Below are positions 1 to 15,027 of a stretch of 64,000 nt of DNA, piece after piece. Made by a program: the position numbers and the translations under genes. Each line of letters opens with the position of its first letter. Within the stretch, counting starts at the first letter, position 1. The notes beneath the pieces were generated by a model. That model was not told where the DNA came from and searched no databases. It saw nothing but the letters and a program-made list of their open reading frames with translations. The DNA is from Eledone cirrhosa. Its lineage: Eukaryota. The DNA lies in NCBI GenBank assembly GCA_964016885.1, contig OZ024748.1, forward strand, positions 55,676,001 through 55,740,000. Reading direction: 5' to 3'.

Positions 1-607
1 TATTTTAGTATATATTTCTATTATTTGGAGGTCATAAATTGTAAGACATTTCTATTCATATAAAAAGTAAAAATAGTTAATGTTTCGTCGTTTTACTCTT
101 TAACGAACATTATGGAAAAATGAAAGTGTTGTTATTCTTAGGGATAATAGTGGTGACGCAGAAACCCTCCAGCTTGCTCTAATTCTGTACTTAACACATT
201 TAAGAAATTTCGAATACTTCAAATTACATGAAATAGATTTTTTTTGGCACTCTCGAATTGGTGATTATAATGCTTTGGAAGAAAAAAAATTAAATCAAGA
301 AGAAGCATGTTTCTAAAATTGAGGTTTTTGCATATTTTAACGTTTTATAATTGATTTAAATATCAATGTATAGCTAATAGTGAGTCTTTTATATATTTTG
401 CAAATATAACATTTTTGATGAAGGGTCATATACACCGTGTGTAAACTAGTGTTGAATAGCTGTGGTGATATTCATTTTGGCGAGTGTCAACCTAGGACGT
501 TTCTTCATTTAAAGGGAAGTAATCACTGATGACACGCCCACTCTGTATTACTGACGTATTTATCGGATGGGATTCGGGGGGGGGGGGGGGAACCGTGGAA
601 AGTATAA

Positions 608-1080
608 AAATCCCGCCGAGGTTAACTTTACCTTTCTCCTTACGGGGTCGATAACATAAAGTACCAGTAATGCACTGGATAATTGCTGGCCTTGTGCCAA
701 AAGTAGAAACAATTATTATTATATATATATAATAATTATTATTTTCGCATATAGGTAGCAGTATCGATAGAACGTTAGACACCCTGCTTTGCAGCATAGG
801 GTTATCGCCTTTTACGTTCTGAGCTCAAATCCCGCCGAGGTTAAGTTTGCCTTTCATCCTTACGAGGTCGATAAAATAAGGCATCAGTAATGTACTGGGG
901 TTGATTTAATCGAATACCCCCCCCCCCCAATTACTGGCCTTGTGCCTATAGTATTAATTATTATTAAAGTCAATATAATTCAAATATAAAATGCTTTATT
1001 TTATCGGGGTCGGTAAAATAAAGCACCAGTAATCCACTAGGGTAATTGCTGGCCCTGTGCCAAAAGTAAAAATAATTATT
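608..1080 (+). mobile_element. Cluster of SINE family 1 copies: 3' half (608-720), long-3' variant (755-960), 3' tail (1003-1080)
   Basis: Matches the window-wide consensus ...AAATCCCGCCGAGGTTAACTTTGCCTTTCATCCTTACGGGGTCGATAAAATAAAGTACCAGTAATG...GCTGGCCTTGTGCCAAAAGTAGAAACAATT. Confidence 0.9.
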
Positions 1081-1589
1081 TTTGCATATATGGTCTATGT
1101 TGCGAGCGTTAGACTTGTACGTATATAAGCTATGAATATCACGGGTCCTGGATTAGTTGACAGATTCTTTAGAGGATCACACACATGCTTGGCAATATGG
1201 TCTGAGGTCTACTCAAAGACTATATTTCAATATAAACTTTCGAGATCGATAATATAAAGTAGCACTCACATTAATTTCCAGCCTTGTGCCTATGGTAGAA
1301 ACATTAATAGTTAATAATGTAATATAACAATAATAGTGCTTTTGCTGGTGATGTTGGTAGGGGTTTAGAGCGTTGAGTTCGTGTCCTTGGAGTTGTTCTA
1401 TCTAAACATAAATTTGTTTTTCATATTTTAATTTAGATTTTGGTTCTTTTTTTCTGTCATATACTATGACTCTTACTCTTCCTCCTCCTTTTACTTTTGT
1501 TCTTTTCTTATTTTTTTTTTCCTTTTATTCTTCTTTATCTTTGTATCTTTTTTCTTTTTTCTACTCCTTCATCTCTTCCTCTGCCCTTT

Positions 1590-1880
1590 TTCATTTCCGC
1601 CCACTTCTTTCTGGAAGGATAGTGGTTGCAGAGTGCTCAGACTTGCCTCCCACTGTCTCATATCAGATGCAACAGTCTCCAGCTGGCACGGCTGCATCCC
1701 CCAATCAAGACCTGCCAAGTTCATGGATATTAGCCGGTCAGTTTGGCTCATAAAATACCAGATATGTAACAAGGCTAAACATATTTGAATATAACACTCC
1801 CACTAACATTTGTGTCTACTCTGCCTTTCTGATACACCAATATGATTTCATCTTTGTCTTCGTCTTAGTCATATACTACT
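1590..1880 (-). mobile_element. Decayed 3' end of an RTE-clade LINE
   Basis: Minus-strand translation ...GMQPCQLETVASDMRQWEASLSTLQP resembles the RTE ORF C-terminus (L..A.DR..WR..L..LPP). It shares the 3' motif AAGTGGGCG with the fragment at 41405-41750. Confidence 0.6.
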
Positions 1881-2239
1881 TGAATAAATGTTTATTTTTT
1901 TCTCTCTGTGTGTCTTGTGAGACTATTAAAATCTTTTTTTCAAAGAGTATTTCTACGCAAAATCTTTCTATTTAGCAGGTGTCAAATATCGGTTATGTTC
2001 AAGTAGCCATGTTTCAAACATATAAATTGAGAAACATTGCAATAAAACGCCAAAGAAGAACAAGTGCAGGGATGATAAATATTCTAATGTTTCTGTTTAC
2101 AAGCCATCAATTTTCTTTGCTTACATCGACACGTTAATGATTGTAAAACCACACAGGATAGAAGCATAAATATATAGGAAATATAAATTTATTTCCCTCT
2201 CTCCCCACACTCGCTTTGTATACACACGCAAACACACAC

Positions 2240-2248
2240 GTGTATGTA

Positions 2249-2283
<35 letters not shown>

Positions 2284-3040
2284 ATGTGTGTGTGTGTGTG
2301 AGTGTATATATATATGTGTGTGTGTATATATGTGTGTGTATATATGTGTGTATGTGTGTGTGTATGTGTGTATAGGTGTGTGTGTATGTGTATATATGTG
2401 TGTGTATGTGTGTATATATATATGTGTATATATATATGTGTATATATATATGTGTGTATATATATATGTGTGTATATATATATGTGTGTATATATATGTG
2501 TATATATATGTGTGTGTCTGTATATATACGTGTGTGTGTATATATGTGTGTGTATATATATATGTCTATATATACATATATATGTGTATATATATATGTG
2601 TATATATATATGTGTATATATATGTGTATATATGTGTATGTATATATGTGTATATATATATGTATATATATGTGTATATATATATGTATATATATGTGTA
2701 TATATATATGTGTATATATATATGTGTATATATATATGTATATATATATGTATATATATATGTATATATATATGTATATATATATGTATATATATGTGTA
2801 TATATATATATGTATATATATGTGTATATATATATGTATATATATGTGTATATATATATGTATATATATATGTATATATATATGTGTATATATATGTGTA
2901 TATATATGTGTATATATGTGTATATATATGTGTATATATATATGTATATATATGTGTATATATATATGTATATATATGTGTATATATATATGTATATATA
3001 TGTGTATATATATGTATATATATATATGTATATATGTGTA

Positions 3041-3087
<47 letters not shown>

Positions 3088-3100
3088 GTGTATATATATA

Positions 3101-3141
<41 letters not shown>

Positions 3142-3484
3142 GTGTATATATATATATGTATATATATGTGTATATATGTATATATATGTGTATGTATATA
3201 TATATATGTATATATATGTGTATATATATATATGTGTATATATATATATATGTATATATATGTGTATGTATATATATATATGTATATATATGTGTATATA
3301 TATATATGTGTATATATATATATATATGTATATATATGTGTATATATATATATATATGTATATATATGTGTATATATTATATATATGTATATATATGTGT
3401 ATATATATATATGTATATATATGTGTATATATATATATATGTATATATATGTGTATATATATATATATATGTATATATATGTGT
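2240..3484. repeat. Compound (TA)n/(TG)n microsatellite running into the assembly gap
   Basis: Seen directly. Confidence 0.98.
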
Positions 3485-3684
3485 NNNNNNNNNNNNNNNN
3501 NNNNNNNNNNNNNNNNNNNNNNNNNNNNNNNNNNNNNNNNNNNNNNNNNNNNNNNNNNNNNNNNNNNNNNNNNNNNNNNNNNNNNNNNNNNNNNNNNNNN
3601 NNNNNNNNNNNNNNNNNNNNNNNNNNNNNNNNNNNNNNNNNNNNNNNNNNNNNNNNNNNNNNNNNNNNNNNNNNNNNNNNNNNN
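3485..3684. other. Assembly gap (200 N)
   Basis: Run of N. Confidence 1.
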
Positions 3685-4988
3685 AAAATCGTGCACTGTT
3701 ACTTCACAACTATGAGTAAGCCAATTAAAAAATTTTACTTTATCGTCAATCGTATTTGCAGTGGCTTCTTACCAATCGTTATATTAGAAACATTTGGTGA
3801 ATCGGGTGACAACTCTGATTATTAAGCATCCAATTCGTTCTATAAACAAACTTTACTGCATGTCGTCGACGTTGGTATTATGTAATCTAATAATTGATAT
3901 ATTTACTTTGGCTTGCATGGTTTATATATTAAACAAGATTAAGTAATTGGTAGAAGTACTGGTCCTCATGCATTTGTGTAAATGTTTATTCTAATCAGTG
4001 CTGAACGTAAAAAATGTAATCGTAATTTTTATGAACATTTAGCGTCATAAGTTTTCTATCCTAACCCAATATAATATATTGATATAATTGGGGATATAGT
4101 TAAAATGAATAGATTTTTGGCTTCTTAGATGCCAGGAAATGTACAAGAAGAACCGTAATGTGCTTGATATACAGATCTACATGTGCATACATGCACATAT
4201 TTACATATACATCCATATGTATATACACACTTGTTATTGTTTTATGTTTGACTCCTTCTCCATCAAACTCTATCACACACACACACACGCACACGCACAC
4301 GCACACGCACACGCACACGCACACGCACACGCACACGCATCTTGTTAAATCTGTAAGCGCCCCAGTAGTTGCTTTATTGTTCGGTACAAGTACAATTTTC
4401 AAATTCATTCCTTGCCTGCTTTCAATTTCGTGTATATTTTGGCTCTCTCTTATGACTTGTCATAGTTTTAACCATTTTCAAAATACGAACTCCTGTGTAA
4501 CTTTATACATATAATATATTATGTGAGAATAGAGCAGAGAAAAAGCTTCAACAAACTTGGGCTCCAAATTATTACATTCCCTCCTTACTTTCATTGCTTG
4601 CTCTCCGCTTACTCCAATTTTCTCCTTCCTATAAATACACACATACACACACACACACCTATAAGTATATTTATATATATACACACACACACATACATAT
4701 AAGTATATATATATATATATACACACACACACAGACGAGCTAGGTATTTAGTGTGAGTGTGGGAGGTGTCATTAAATCTCAATGCTTATATAACTTGCAA
4801 GGATCCATAAAGACATAAGCAGTATTGAAAATGTTCTTTATTGATGTTGGAGAAACAGAAGCTATGTTATTGTTGTAGATATGCTGAAATCCTATTTAAT
4901 TCCGTGTCGTAGAAATAGCTACATGTTACCCTTGTGTTTAGTGTAGTAATCGGGTGTTCTTGTCTGTTAATTTTTCTCTATTCTTTAT

Positions 4989-5403
4989 GCCGTGGATTGG
5001 CAGTATCGGTAGAGAGGCGAACGCCATGCTTTCGAGAATAGTTACATCCCTTTATTGTCTGAGTTCAAATCCCACCGACATTAACTTTGCCTTTCATCCT
5101 TACGGGGTCGATAAAATAAAGTACCAGTAATGCACTGGATAATTGCTGGCCTTGTGCCAAAAGTAGAAATAGTATTATATTAGGGCGGTGGATTAGCAGC
5201 ATCAGTTGAGCGTCAGACACCAAGCTTTGTAGCATAACGTTATGACCCTTTCCGTTTTCACTTCAAATCCGGCAAAGCTTAGCTTTGCCTTTTATCCTTA
5301 CGAGGTCAATAAAATAAAGTACCAGTAATGTACTGGAGTAGATTTAGTCGACTTTTCCCTCTCCCATAATTGCTGGGCTTTTACCTATATTAGAAATCAT
5401 ATT
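4989..5403 (+). mobile_element. Two adjacent SINE family 1 copies (4989-5172 short-3' type; 5183-5403 long-3' type)
   Basis: A-box-like TGGCAGTATCGG, B-box GAGTTCAAATCCC, conserved core and tail. Confidence 0.92.
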
Positions 5404-6222
5404 ATACATTTATTATTGTACCTTTATTGTGTAATTATTGATCTAACCTTTATATACAGTATCCAATCATTTCGTGGGATATCACGTGCTACATGAATTG
5501 ATATTTTGGTTTGTATTTAAACTAAATCTTATTTTCATAAATGTTATTATCATGAAAAATAAATCACACAAAAAACGTCATCCATATACAAAGGAAATCG
5601 CCAGCTCTTAGCAAGACAAATGAGACAACTTCTGGTTTATTCAGCAATTACCACTAGAATGCTTTAACGATGTTATGAATTTGATAACACATTCAACAGT
5701 CCTCCATTAACACAACATTTTGGGTGGAAATTATGAACGTCTCTCCACATTGGAATTAAACTTAGAATTTATTGCAGCTATTTGAATAAGATCTAAGCTA
5801 AGTAAGCTGTCTAATTTACAATGTAGCTTGTTACTAATAGATCGATAGAAGCTTTACTTAGTACAAACAATATTATTTTCCACATGATTATTCATCTTCT
5901 TGACGCGACTAAAAGCATTTCTTAGTTAAATATTTATTTAAACAGAAGTTGACGATTGCACTAACGATAATGTATGTATTTATTTACTCTTCATCGTTTT
6001 CCGAGTTTATTATAGGATTTCTATATGTCTTCAATTGGAAAATATACTATTTACTTTACATCATTGTACATTTTTATTTTTTTTAAGTACATCTGTTCTT
6101 TTTCATTTAATTTCGTATAATCTTAAATCGTGTATATATATATATTTATATATATATATATGAGTGTTTATGTGTTTGTGTAAGTATTTGTGCATTTAAA
6201 ATATAAGATTCTTTATACATAT

Positions 6223-6288
<66 letters not shown>

Positions 6289-6479
6289 ACGAGTGTGGAT
6301 GTATGTATATATGCATGTATGTGTGTATGTTTGTGTCTTGATATTTTTTTATTTTATTTGTTTGTGCTGATTTATAAAGTACAAGCTCAATTTAATACGT
6401 TTCTTCTACATTACACATATAACCATAGATTTACTGACACTATCACGTGGCAACACATCGCCTTGGGGAGCACACACAC

Positions 6480-6730
6480 TCATACACAAAATTCATAAAC
6501 ACAAACACACATATAAAAACACACATAAAAACACAAAAACACACAAAAACACACATAAACACACACACACATAAACACACACAAAAACACACACAAAAAC
6601 ACATACACACATAAACACACACACCCACCCACATACACACATAAACACACACATAAACACACACATAAACATACAGACACATAAACATATACACATAACT
6701 ACACCCATACATCTACACACACATATAACA
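6480..6730. repeat. (ACACACATAA)-type degenerate minisatellite
   Basis: Seen directly. Confidence 0.85.
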
Positions 6731-7231
6731 TATATGTTTATGTATATATATAACATGAATATATATATGTGATACGTAAGAATCTCTCTCTCTCTCTATA
6801 ATGTAAGTATATATTACGTATGTGTATGGATGTATATATATATATTATTTACTTATCCGTACACATATCTATATATGTATGAATGTATTTCCATTTGTAT
6901 GCTATGTATGTATATCTCTTTGACTTGATATGTCTACATATGTTTATTTGTTTGGTAGCCTGCCTACAACTTTGTTGATATTAGCAGTCCTTTCATTTAT
7001 ATATTTCTCTTTATTATATTTCCACAAGTGAGCTGTTATTTACAATACACGCGCACAAACATATATACACACAAACACACACACAAGTGTATGTAAGTGT
7101 GAAGAATATATTCAATAAAAACTATATATACACCATTCTTTCTCCATGTTTCATCTTAATGCTTTTTCGATAAGACTTCGGGTCCTATTAAAATTACAGT
7201 GCCATAAGCAGTTACACGCAAACATACACAC

Positions 7232-7275
<44 letters not shown>

Positions 7276-8864
7276 CTTACACTAGTTTGTACATGTATGG
7301 TTCAAAATCTAGTCTCAGAAATACTGATAATCTTATATTTAAACTCTTATAATGTAGAATTTGAAAATTAAAAATCTTTAACCTTCTACGAGCTAGAAAA
7401 ATATAGATGCAAAAACGAATGTAATATATAACAGCTTAAATGCAACCAAGACGTGTAACTGCAGGAGGCTCAACTGAGAAATAAATAGTTTATATAAAAG
7501 AGGCTAAAGATTGCGGGAGGATAAAGAAAGGTGAAAGAAGAATGATTTAGTAAAAGGTAGAAGGATCGCTAAAGTATAACATTAAAATAAATTAGATATG
7601 ATTCCATGATTATTTATGGAGGAATATTTCCAAATTCAGTGAGAAGGATTAAGGGGTGAGATTTCTTACGGTCCTGAGCATATGGAAAGAATCAGAAGTA
7701 GTGATGTTAATGAAAAGGAAGTATCTCTCTTTTTCTTCCTCAGTCCCACTAACTCTTGCCTGTCTGTCTCTATGTTTGCCCCTCTCTCTCCCTCATACAC
7801 ATACAAACCCTCTCCCTTTTTCTCCTACTCTCATAACTCCCCACCCCCTGTCCCCTTTATCCAAATCTCATAACTTCTCAGACACCTTCCTGCTCTCTCC
7901 GTCGTGCCCCTCCATATATATATATATATATATTATATATTATTCGGGTAGCATCAACGCATATTGCAGATAATTTCTCTCTTGGAAATTACAATATATT
8001 CAAATATAAGTTAATGTTAATTTCTATAGAATAACCTTGCTTAGAAGAAGACGCCATTTTCCATCGACACATGCGCAATCTTATCCAGACACTTCGGCAT
8101 ATTTTTTGCAGAGTCCATCTATTGTATACAATAGAGTAACGAGTGTGGTTCCTTCGTCTTTTAACCCCCACTCATGTTTTAATCTAGAAATTATTTTCCT
8201 TTCCATCGGCTATCTGAAAAAAATTATGATTTACTGTATCTGCCCTACAATTATATGCCCTGAGTACGGGAAATGTTCATCCGTTGTAGTGTGCCAGCTT
8301 TACATTAGCACAATATAACCGTTTCTTGCTAAGAAATACGTTATAAATATTCGTTAGTTAATGATGGCACAAATGTGTTGACCAGTACATGTAGTGTCAT
8401 GTAAATTAGATAGACAATTGTAGTTTCGTTTGTGTTTGTACGAAAATATGTCAATTTATAAAACATATTTTTTAAATTGAGTCCAAAACATAGAATTAAT
8501 TATTTTTGTATTATTTTTTTGTTTTACTGGGCTTGGCTAAGAAGAGTAAATAATCTGTTGTAACAACTTAAATTTTACAGCCTCGTTAAATCTTATATGT
8601 TATACATTTCATTTAATACGTTTTATACGGGAATCGGTATGTAGCAAACTGCTACGTAATGATAACACACACGCACGCACGCACATGCACTCACGCACAC
8701 GACGCACGCACGCGCGCACACGCACACATGTGAGTTTGAATTCGGCACGCTTCTACACAAGTTACCTCGGCCAAATTCCACTCGTATTCAATCAAAGGCT
8801 ATTCCAAGAGACATTTTTATCTTAGCTGTGGTAGGAACAGCGTGTTTGTGATCCAAGATTCATA

Positions 8865-8924
<60 letters not shown>

Positions 8925-10243
8925 TGCGCATTTAACTGCAGATAAATTCTGAGACAGAATCAAAATTGCCATTTCCTCCGAAAGTAGGAAGAAATTGATG
9001 ATAGAATGTTGGAATGTAAAAGTAGAAAAGACAATCGCAGTAACATCTAAATTTCAAAGTGCAGTAACTTCACAAAATTATGTTTGCATCATTCATTTAT
9101 TAAGATAAGACAAGGTTTGCTGATGAAGATGAAATAAATGTGAAAAAATCTTTCAGCAACATCATCATATTTCTCCTAGATTCTGGCGGAATGACAAAAG
9201 GTAAGAATAACGCCATTAATTTTGAGCATCATCATCTTTTTATTTATACCATTCTTATTATATACGTGAACAAAAGATCGCTTTGTAGAAAAGAAAATAT
9301 ATACACATATATGTTAAATGAAAGCAAGAATGAAGGAAATAATGGAAAGACGTAGTAGAAGAATATATCAAAATTGCAGCGGTCATTAATGTCAAAACGT
9401 GAATTCAAGATGGCTGAAGATTTGCTTTATTCAAGTCACAGAAATAAGAAAACATAATAAATATTTACAAAAGCTGCAAAGTAAAAGAAAAAATAGATGG
9501 GTTTTTTGATGTTCGTAGCGTAACGAAAGCATGAAATTTTCTAGATGAACTAACATAATATTTGAAGAAACTGTTCTCAAACAAGTAGGGATATACGTAG
9601 CATTATGTGGCTTATTGTTGTAAAATATTAAATGGCTACACTTAAGCTGGAAAGGTAAAATATTCCATTGCATTAACATGCTTTCTCTGGCAAAATGTCA
9701 GTCGATTTTGTATTGCAAGTGTCTGTAAGTTTATTGTACATATCTCGTAAGCGAAATGGACCATTCATATATACTTTTAACTCGTTACATTAGCTTTCTG
9801 GACATCGCGTCGCAGTTGTACTTAAGACAAGTAATACAACTGATACACGAAAAAATCCTTATTAAAGATATCATATGTAATAAGCCGTATGCAAATAGAT
9901 ATTATACTTATATATGCTTCTATATATGTATGTATGTATATGAATGTATTTGCGTATGTATGTATGTGTGTGTATATGTATGTATGCATGTATATATATA
10001 TATATGAACATATATATATATGCATGTGCATATACGTTTATGTATGTGTGTGTATACATGTATATATATATATGTGTATATATATATATGAACATGTATG
10101 TATCTATATGCATATGTAAATATATATGCACATGTATGTATGTACGTATATATATATACGTACATACGTACATGTGCATATATATATATACATACATATG
10201 CATATATATACACATACATGCATATAGAGATATAATAACGTAT

Positions 10244-10307
<64 letters not shown>

Positions 10308-10318
10308 CATATATATAA

Positions 10319-10787
10319 CTTTACTCACTCCAACGTCGCCGTGAGCGTTATATTATCTGCATGATGTGGAAAATGTTCCATCATCACTGCCCAAATGATG
10401 TTGGCATCGCCTTCAAGATACACCCAAGGCTTGGGCCCCGTGCTATCCGCCCCATTCAAAAATCTAAATCGCAACTCATAACAACAATACGGCACGATTT
10501 TTTCACCTCAATCGGCCTTGCTCTGTTCAACATCACACCAGGACACGTCAAAACAGAAACTGACCACACAAAATTCAAGAAGTCTTTGGACAAATTCCTC
10601 CAAGTAATCCCGGACAAACCACCCACACCCGGATATGTCTCCGCAAACAGTAATTCTCTTCTCGAATGGGCCATGGTGCCCAAATCCTGAATTGAAAGAC
10701 TTCGCCAGGTGGTACTATTAAGTTAGACATGGCCTGGGCCAGTACTGGCCAAAACATTTCAAAGTTATTCAAAGTTATTCAAAGTTA
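10319..10787 (+). mobile_element. 5'-truncated CR1-group LINE 3' end (ORF2 C-terminus, 3' UTR, tandem tail)
   Basis: Open frame 10319-10690 reads [18 protein letters not shown]...FFTSIGLALFNITP...FKKSLDKFLQVIPDKPPTPGY...NSLLEW, typical of CR1-type ORF2 ends. It terminates in (TTCAAAGTTA)x3 and sits within (TA)n. Confidence 0.85.
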
Positions 10788-11850
10788 CATACATATACAT
10801 ACATATATATATATATATAAACACATATATATATATACATACATATATATATACATACATATATATATATACATACATATATATATATACATACATATAT
10901 ATATATATACATACATATATATATATACATACATATATATATACATACATACATATATATATACATACATACACATATATATACATACATACATATATAT
11001 ATATACATACATATAGTGGCTGCCAACTCGTTTTCGAGTACGGCCACTACTTTATATCCATGTAGGAGAACCCCTACCGATGCGCTGAACGAGTGTGACT
11101 TTTTAGTCCAGCCAGCGACTTGAAAACTCTGGTACAAACACTACACTTGTGACAATTATTGACACATAGTGCTGGGCCCATGGTACCATGTGACGGCAAG
11201 TGCAGAGAGATCTCCAGATATAAAGCAATGCCTGTGCCGTGAAGCTTTTATAGTGAGCAAAGGCACTGCACAAAGCCAGTCCCACTCTCTTAACCAAGAT
11301 GATATTTACCAAAAAGAAGAATACATACATATATATATATACATACATACATGTATATACATACATACATACATACATATATACATACATACATACATAT
11401 ATATATACATACATACATATATATACATACATACATATATATATACATACATACATATATACATACATTCATATATATATATACATACATACATATATAT
11501 ATACATACATACATGTATATATACATACATATATATATATACATACATATATATATACATACATATATATATATATACATACATATATATATATACATAC
11601 ATATATATATATACATACATATATATATATATACATACAAATATATATATACGTACATATATATATATATACATACATATATATATATACATACATATAT
11701 ATATATACATACATATATATATATAGATACATACTTATACATACACATATATATGTATATATATATACACATATAAATATATATATATATATAGACACAC
11801 ATACAGACACATGTATATATATATACATATATATATATATATACATACAC

Positions 11851-11891
<41 letters not shown>

Positions 11892-11900
11892 CACATATAA

Positions 11901-11932
<32 letters not shown>

Positions 11933-11944
11933 ATACACATATAA

Positions 11945-11987
<43 letters not shown>

Positions 11988-11996
11988 CACATATAA

Positions 11997-12028
<32 letters not shown>

Positions 12029-12048
12029 ATACACATATAAATATAGTT

Positions 12049-12082
<34 letters not shown>

Positions 12083-12206
12083 ATATACATACACATATAA
12101 ATATACATATATATATATATATATACATACAGACACACATATATATATACATACACACACATATATATATATACATACATACACACATATATATATATAC
12201 ATACAT

Positions 12207-12283
<77 letters not shown>

Positions 12284-12286
12284 TGT

Positions 12287-12323
<37 letters not shown>

Positions 12324-12355
12324 TGTATACATATATATATATATATATACATACA

Positions 12356-12417
<62 letters not shown>

Positions 12418-12420
12418 CAT
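10788..12420. repeat. Compound (TA)n/(TACA)n microsatellite, interrupted by a unique ~300 bp insert at 11016-11322
   Basis: Seen directly. Confidence 0.95.
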
Positions 12421-12592
12421 AGTTTGCTGACGATAGCTAGTAAGCTTGAAACTAGAAGAGCGTTCCTGTGTCAGTGTTGAACAAATAGGTGACGTAGTTG
12501 CCTAAACACTGTACGGCGTAATTCGCGCTGTTTGTTTCTTTCTAAACAAACAAACCGAGCATTATAATAAATGTTCGGTAAACCGACACGTG
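12421..12592 (+). mobile_element. Short HHR-bearing element, family B (degenerate ribozyme at 12423-12462)
   Basis: CTGACGA-tAGCTagtaAGCTt-GAAA-CTAG-(AA instead of TA). Homologous over ~160 bp to 61175-61335 (minus) and flanked by microsatellite. Confidence 0.75.
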
Positions 12593-12797
12593 CATATATA
12601 TATATGTGTGCATGTGTGTATATATATATACATAAAACTGTACGTCTGTATACATATATGTATGTACGTACATACATACATACTTACATTTAAGTAAGTG
12701 CAGTACTAAGAGTGAGAAATGAAATTCGTTTCATTCTCTTCCATATATATATACATACATATATATACACATATATATATATATACATATAAAAACA

Positions 12798-12838
<41 letters not shown>

Positions 12839-12928
12839 AAACATCTATATATATATATATACATATAAATACATCTATATATATATATATATATATACAT
12901 ATAAAAACATCCATATATATATATATAT

Positions 12929-13360
12929 ATATATTGGTAAACGGAATATAAAATGCTGACAAATTGTTCACAGTTGAAAAATGGTTTAATTAGGAATAAA
13001 AGAGTATTAGTGATTGTATGGGTTAGTATTCAGTTGTGGTTTTAAGTTTTTAAGTTTTTACCGGTTGCGCATTTCTAAATGCTTTTCAAAAATAATTTTG
13101 AGATAGAGTGTCCGTGCTGTTTGCTCAGATCAGAGCAAACAGCACGGACACTCTACCTCAAAATTATTTTTGAAAAGCATTTAGAAATGCGCAACCGGTA
13201 AAAACTTAAAAACTTAAAACCACAACTGAATACTAACCCATACAATCACTAATACTCTTTTATTCCTAATTAAACCATTTTTCAACTGTGAACAATTTGT
13301 CAGCATTTTCTATTCCGTTTACCAATATATAATAGCTTGTGTGTTACACCTCTATTCTTT

Positions 13361-13364
<4 letters not shown>
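12929..13364. mobile_element. ~400 bp near-perfect palindrome (200-bp arms) plus 34-bp tail; Penelope-pLTR-like, family C
   Basis: 12929-13330 is self-complementary about GATC at 13128-13131, with only ~2 arm mismatches. Each arm has TTGAAAA-GCATTtagaAATGC-GCAA-CCGG-TA. The minisatellite CATATAAAAACATC(TA)n lies on both sides. Confidence 0.85.
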
Positions 13365-13399
<35 letters not shown>

Positions 13400-13787
13400 A
13401 AACATCTATATATATATATATATATAAGAGACGTAAGATAAGAAAATTATATATATATATATATATACATATAATAACATCTATATATATTTAAATATAT
13501 ATATATATATATATATAGTATGTTGTTATAACTTTAGCTCTCCTTACATATATGGAGGTTGTAAATCATTTAATGTGCAGCTGCTTTTATACCCTATGGC
13601 TGTACAGTCTCAACCATTCCTTCATGCTGCCTTTTTATAAACGAGTAACATTGTGGTTACTCTGTCCGCCTGGTAATCCTGTCATTCTGCTCTTAATACT
13701 GCAGGGTTACACTATTGCAAAATTTCTGCTATGTTCTCGATATGAACAATTCCTTGAAAGTACAGAAACATTAAAAACGGGTGCCTT

Positions 13788-14314
13788 ATGTGTATATATA
13801 TGTGTGTGTATATATATGTGTGTGTATATATATATATGTGTGTGTGTATATATATATGTGTGTGTGTGTATATATATATGTGTGTATATATATATATGTG
13901 TATATATATATATATATATGTGTGTGTATATATGTGTGTGTGTATATATGTGTGTGTGTGTGTGTATATATATATGTGTGTGTGTATATATATATATATA
14001 TGTGTGTATATATATATATATATGTGTGTATATATATATATGTGTGTATATATATATATGTGCGTGTGTGTATACATATATATGTGTGTATACATATATA
14101 TGTGTGTATACATATATATGTGTATACATATATATATGTGTATATATATATGTGTATATATATATATGTGTATATATATATATGTGTATATATATATATG
14201 TGTATATATATATGTGTATGTATATATATGTGTATATGTATATATATGTGTATATGTGTATATATATATATATGTATATATATGTGTATATGTATATATA
14301 TGTGTATATGTATA

Positions 14315-14368
<54 letters not shown>
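13788..14368. repeat. (TA)n/(TG)n compound microsatellite
   Basis: Seen directly. Confidence 0.97.
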
Positions 14369-14373
<5 letters not shown>

Positions 14374-14406
14374 CACATGAATCAAAGTTCTGTTCAAACC
14401 ATTTAT

Positions 14407-14455
14407 TAGCTTACAATTGTTTCGTCCAAACCGAAGTATGGAGTCTTCGGAGCAA
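14407..14455 (-). ncRNA. Degenerate minimal type-I hammerhead motif
   Basis: Minus strand GCT-CCGAAGA-cTCCAtacttcggttTGGAc-GAAA-CAATTG-TA-AGC. Stem III is palindromic, AATAAA follows, and the 3' end abuts (TA)n at 14368. The core has a U4C change. Confidence 0.65.
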
Positions 14456-15027
14456 TTTTTCAATGATTGTTTACATACATGACCTCCATCCAACACAAGA
14501 GACATCCAGAAACACATGTAAATATCGATGCACAGTGGGGTGACATCCATTACAATATTTTAGCATGGCAATTTACATTCAAAAATTAAAATCATATTAA
14601 AAGAAAATTAAAACAAAATTAAAGTTAAAATACAACATCGGCAGTTTACGAAGATAATGCAAGAGGATAGTTTGAAGTAGTTAGTGTATGCAATAGTTAC
14701 ACGTGGGGCATGCACGTGTGTCTTATTTATATGAGGTTAATGTGCGGCAAGGTGTTATATGCAATACAAGCACTTTAAGCGGGTAAACAAGAGTATTATG
14801 GGGGTTGTACTGGTAAAGTATATTTTATGTATGATAAAGAAGCTTGTGTGCAGGGAAATATTAAACATGAGAAGCAAAATAATGTTATGGTTTTCGTATA
14901 CACCACCATTTTCACAATCCAGGAAACGTAATATATAGATTATATGTCCTTCACATAATTCACGATGATTCATTATTGGAAGCTTGATGTATTAGGTTAG
15001 ATTATTACAACATTCTGTAATAATCTA

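Noticed and set aside
431-450. Helitron-like 3' end (short hairpin then CTAG-T)
   Set aside because: The hairpin is only 5 bp and AT-rich, and no 5' end or second copy is visible.
2216-3825. Long ORFs of 370-500 aa (also 11290-12420, 13552-14550)
   Set aside because: They are translations of stop-free (TA)/(TG) microsatellite, some crossing the N gap; no protein-like composition.
9120-9140. CTGATGA...GAAA matches (also 34500, 35704, 63845 minus, 57977)
   Set aside because: Missing or unconvincing stems I/II or cleavage triplet; expected by chance in AT-rich DNA.
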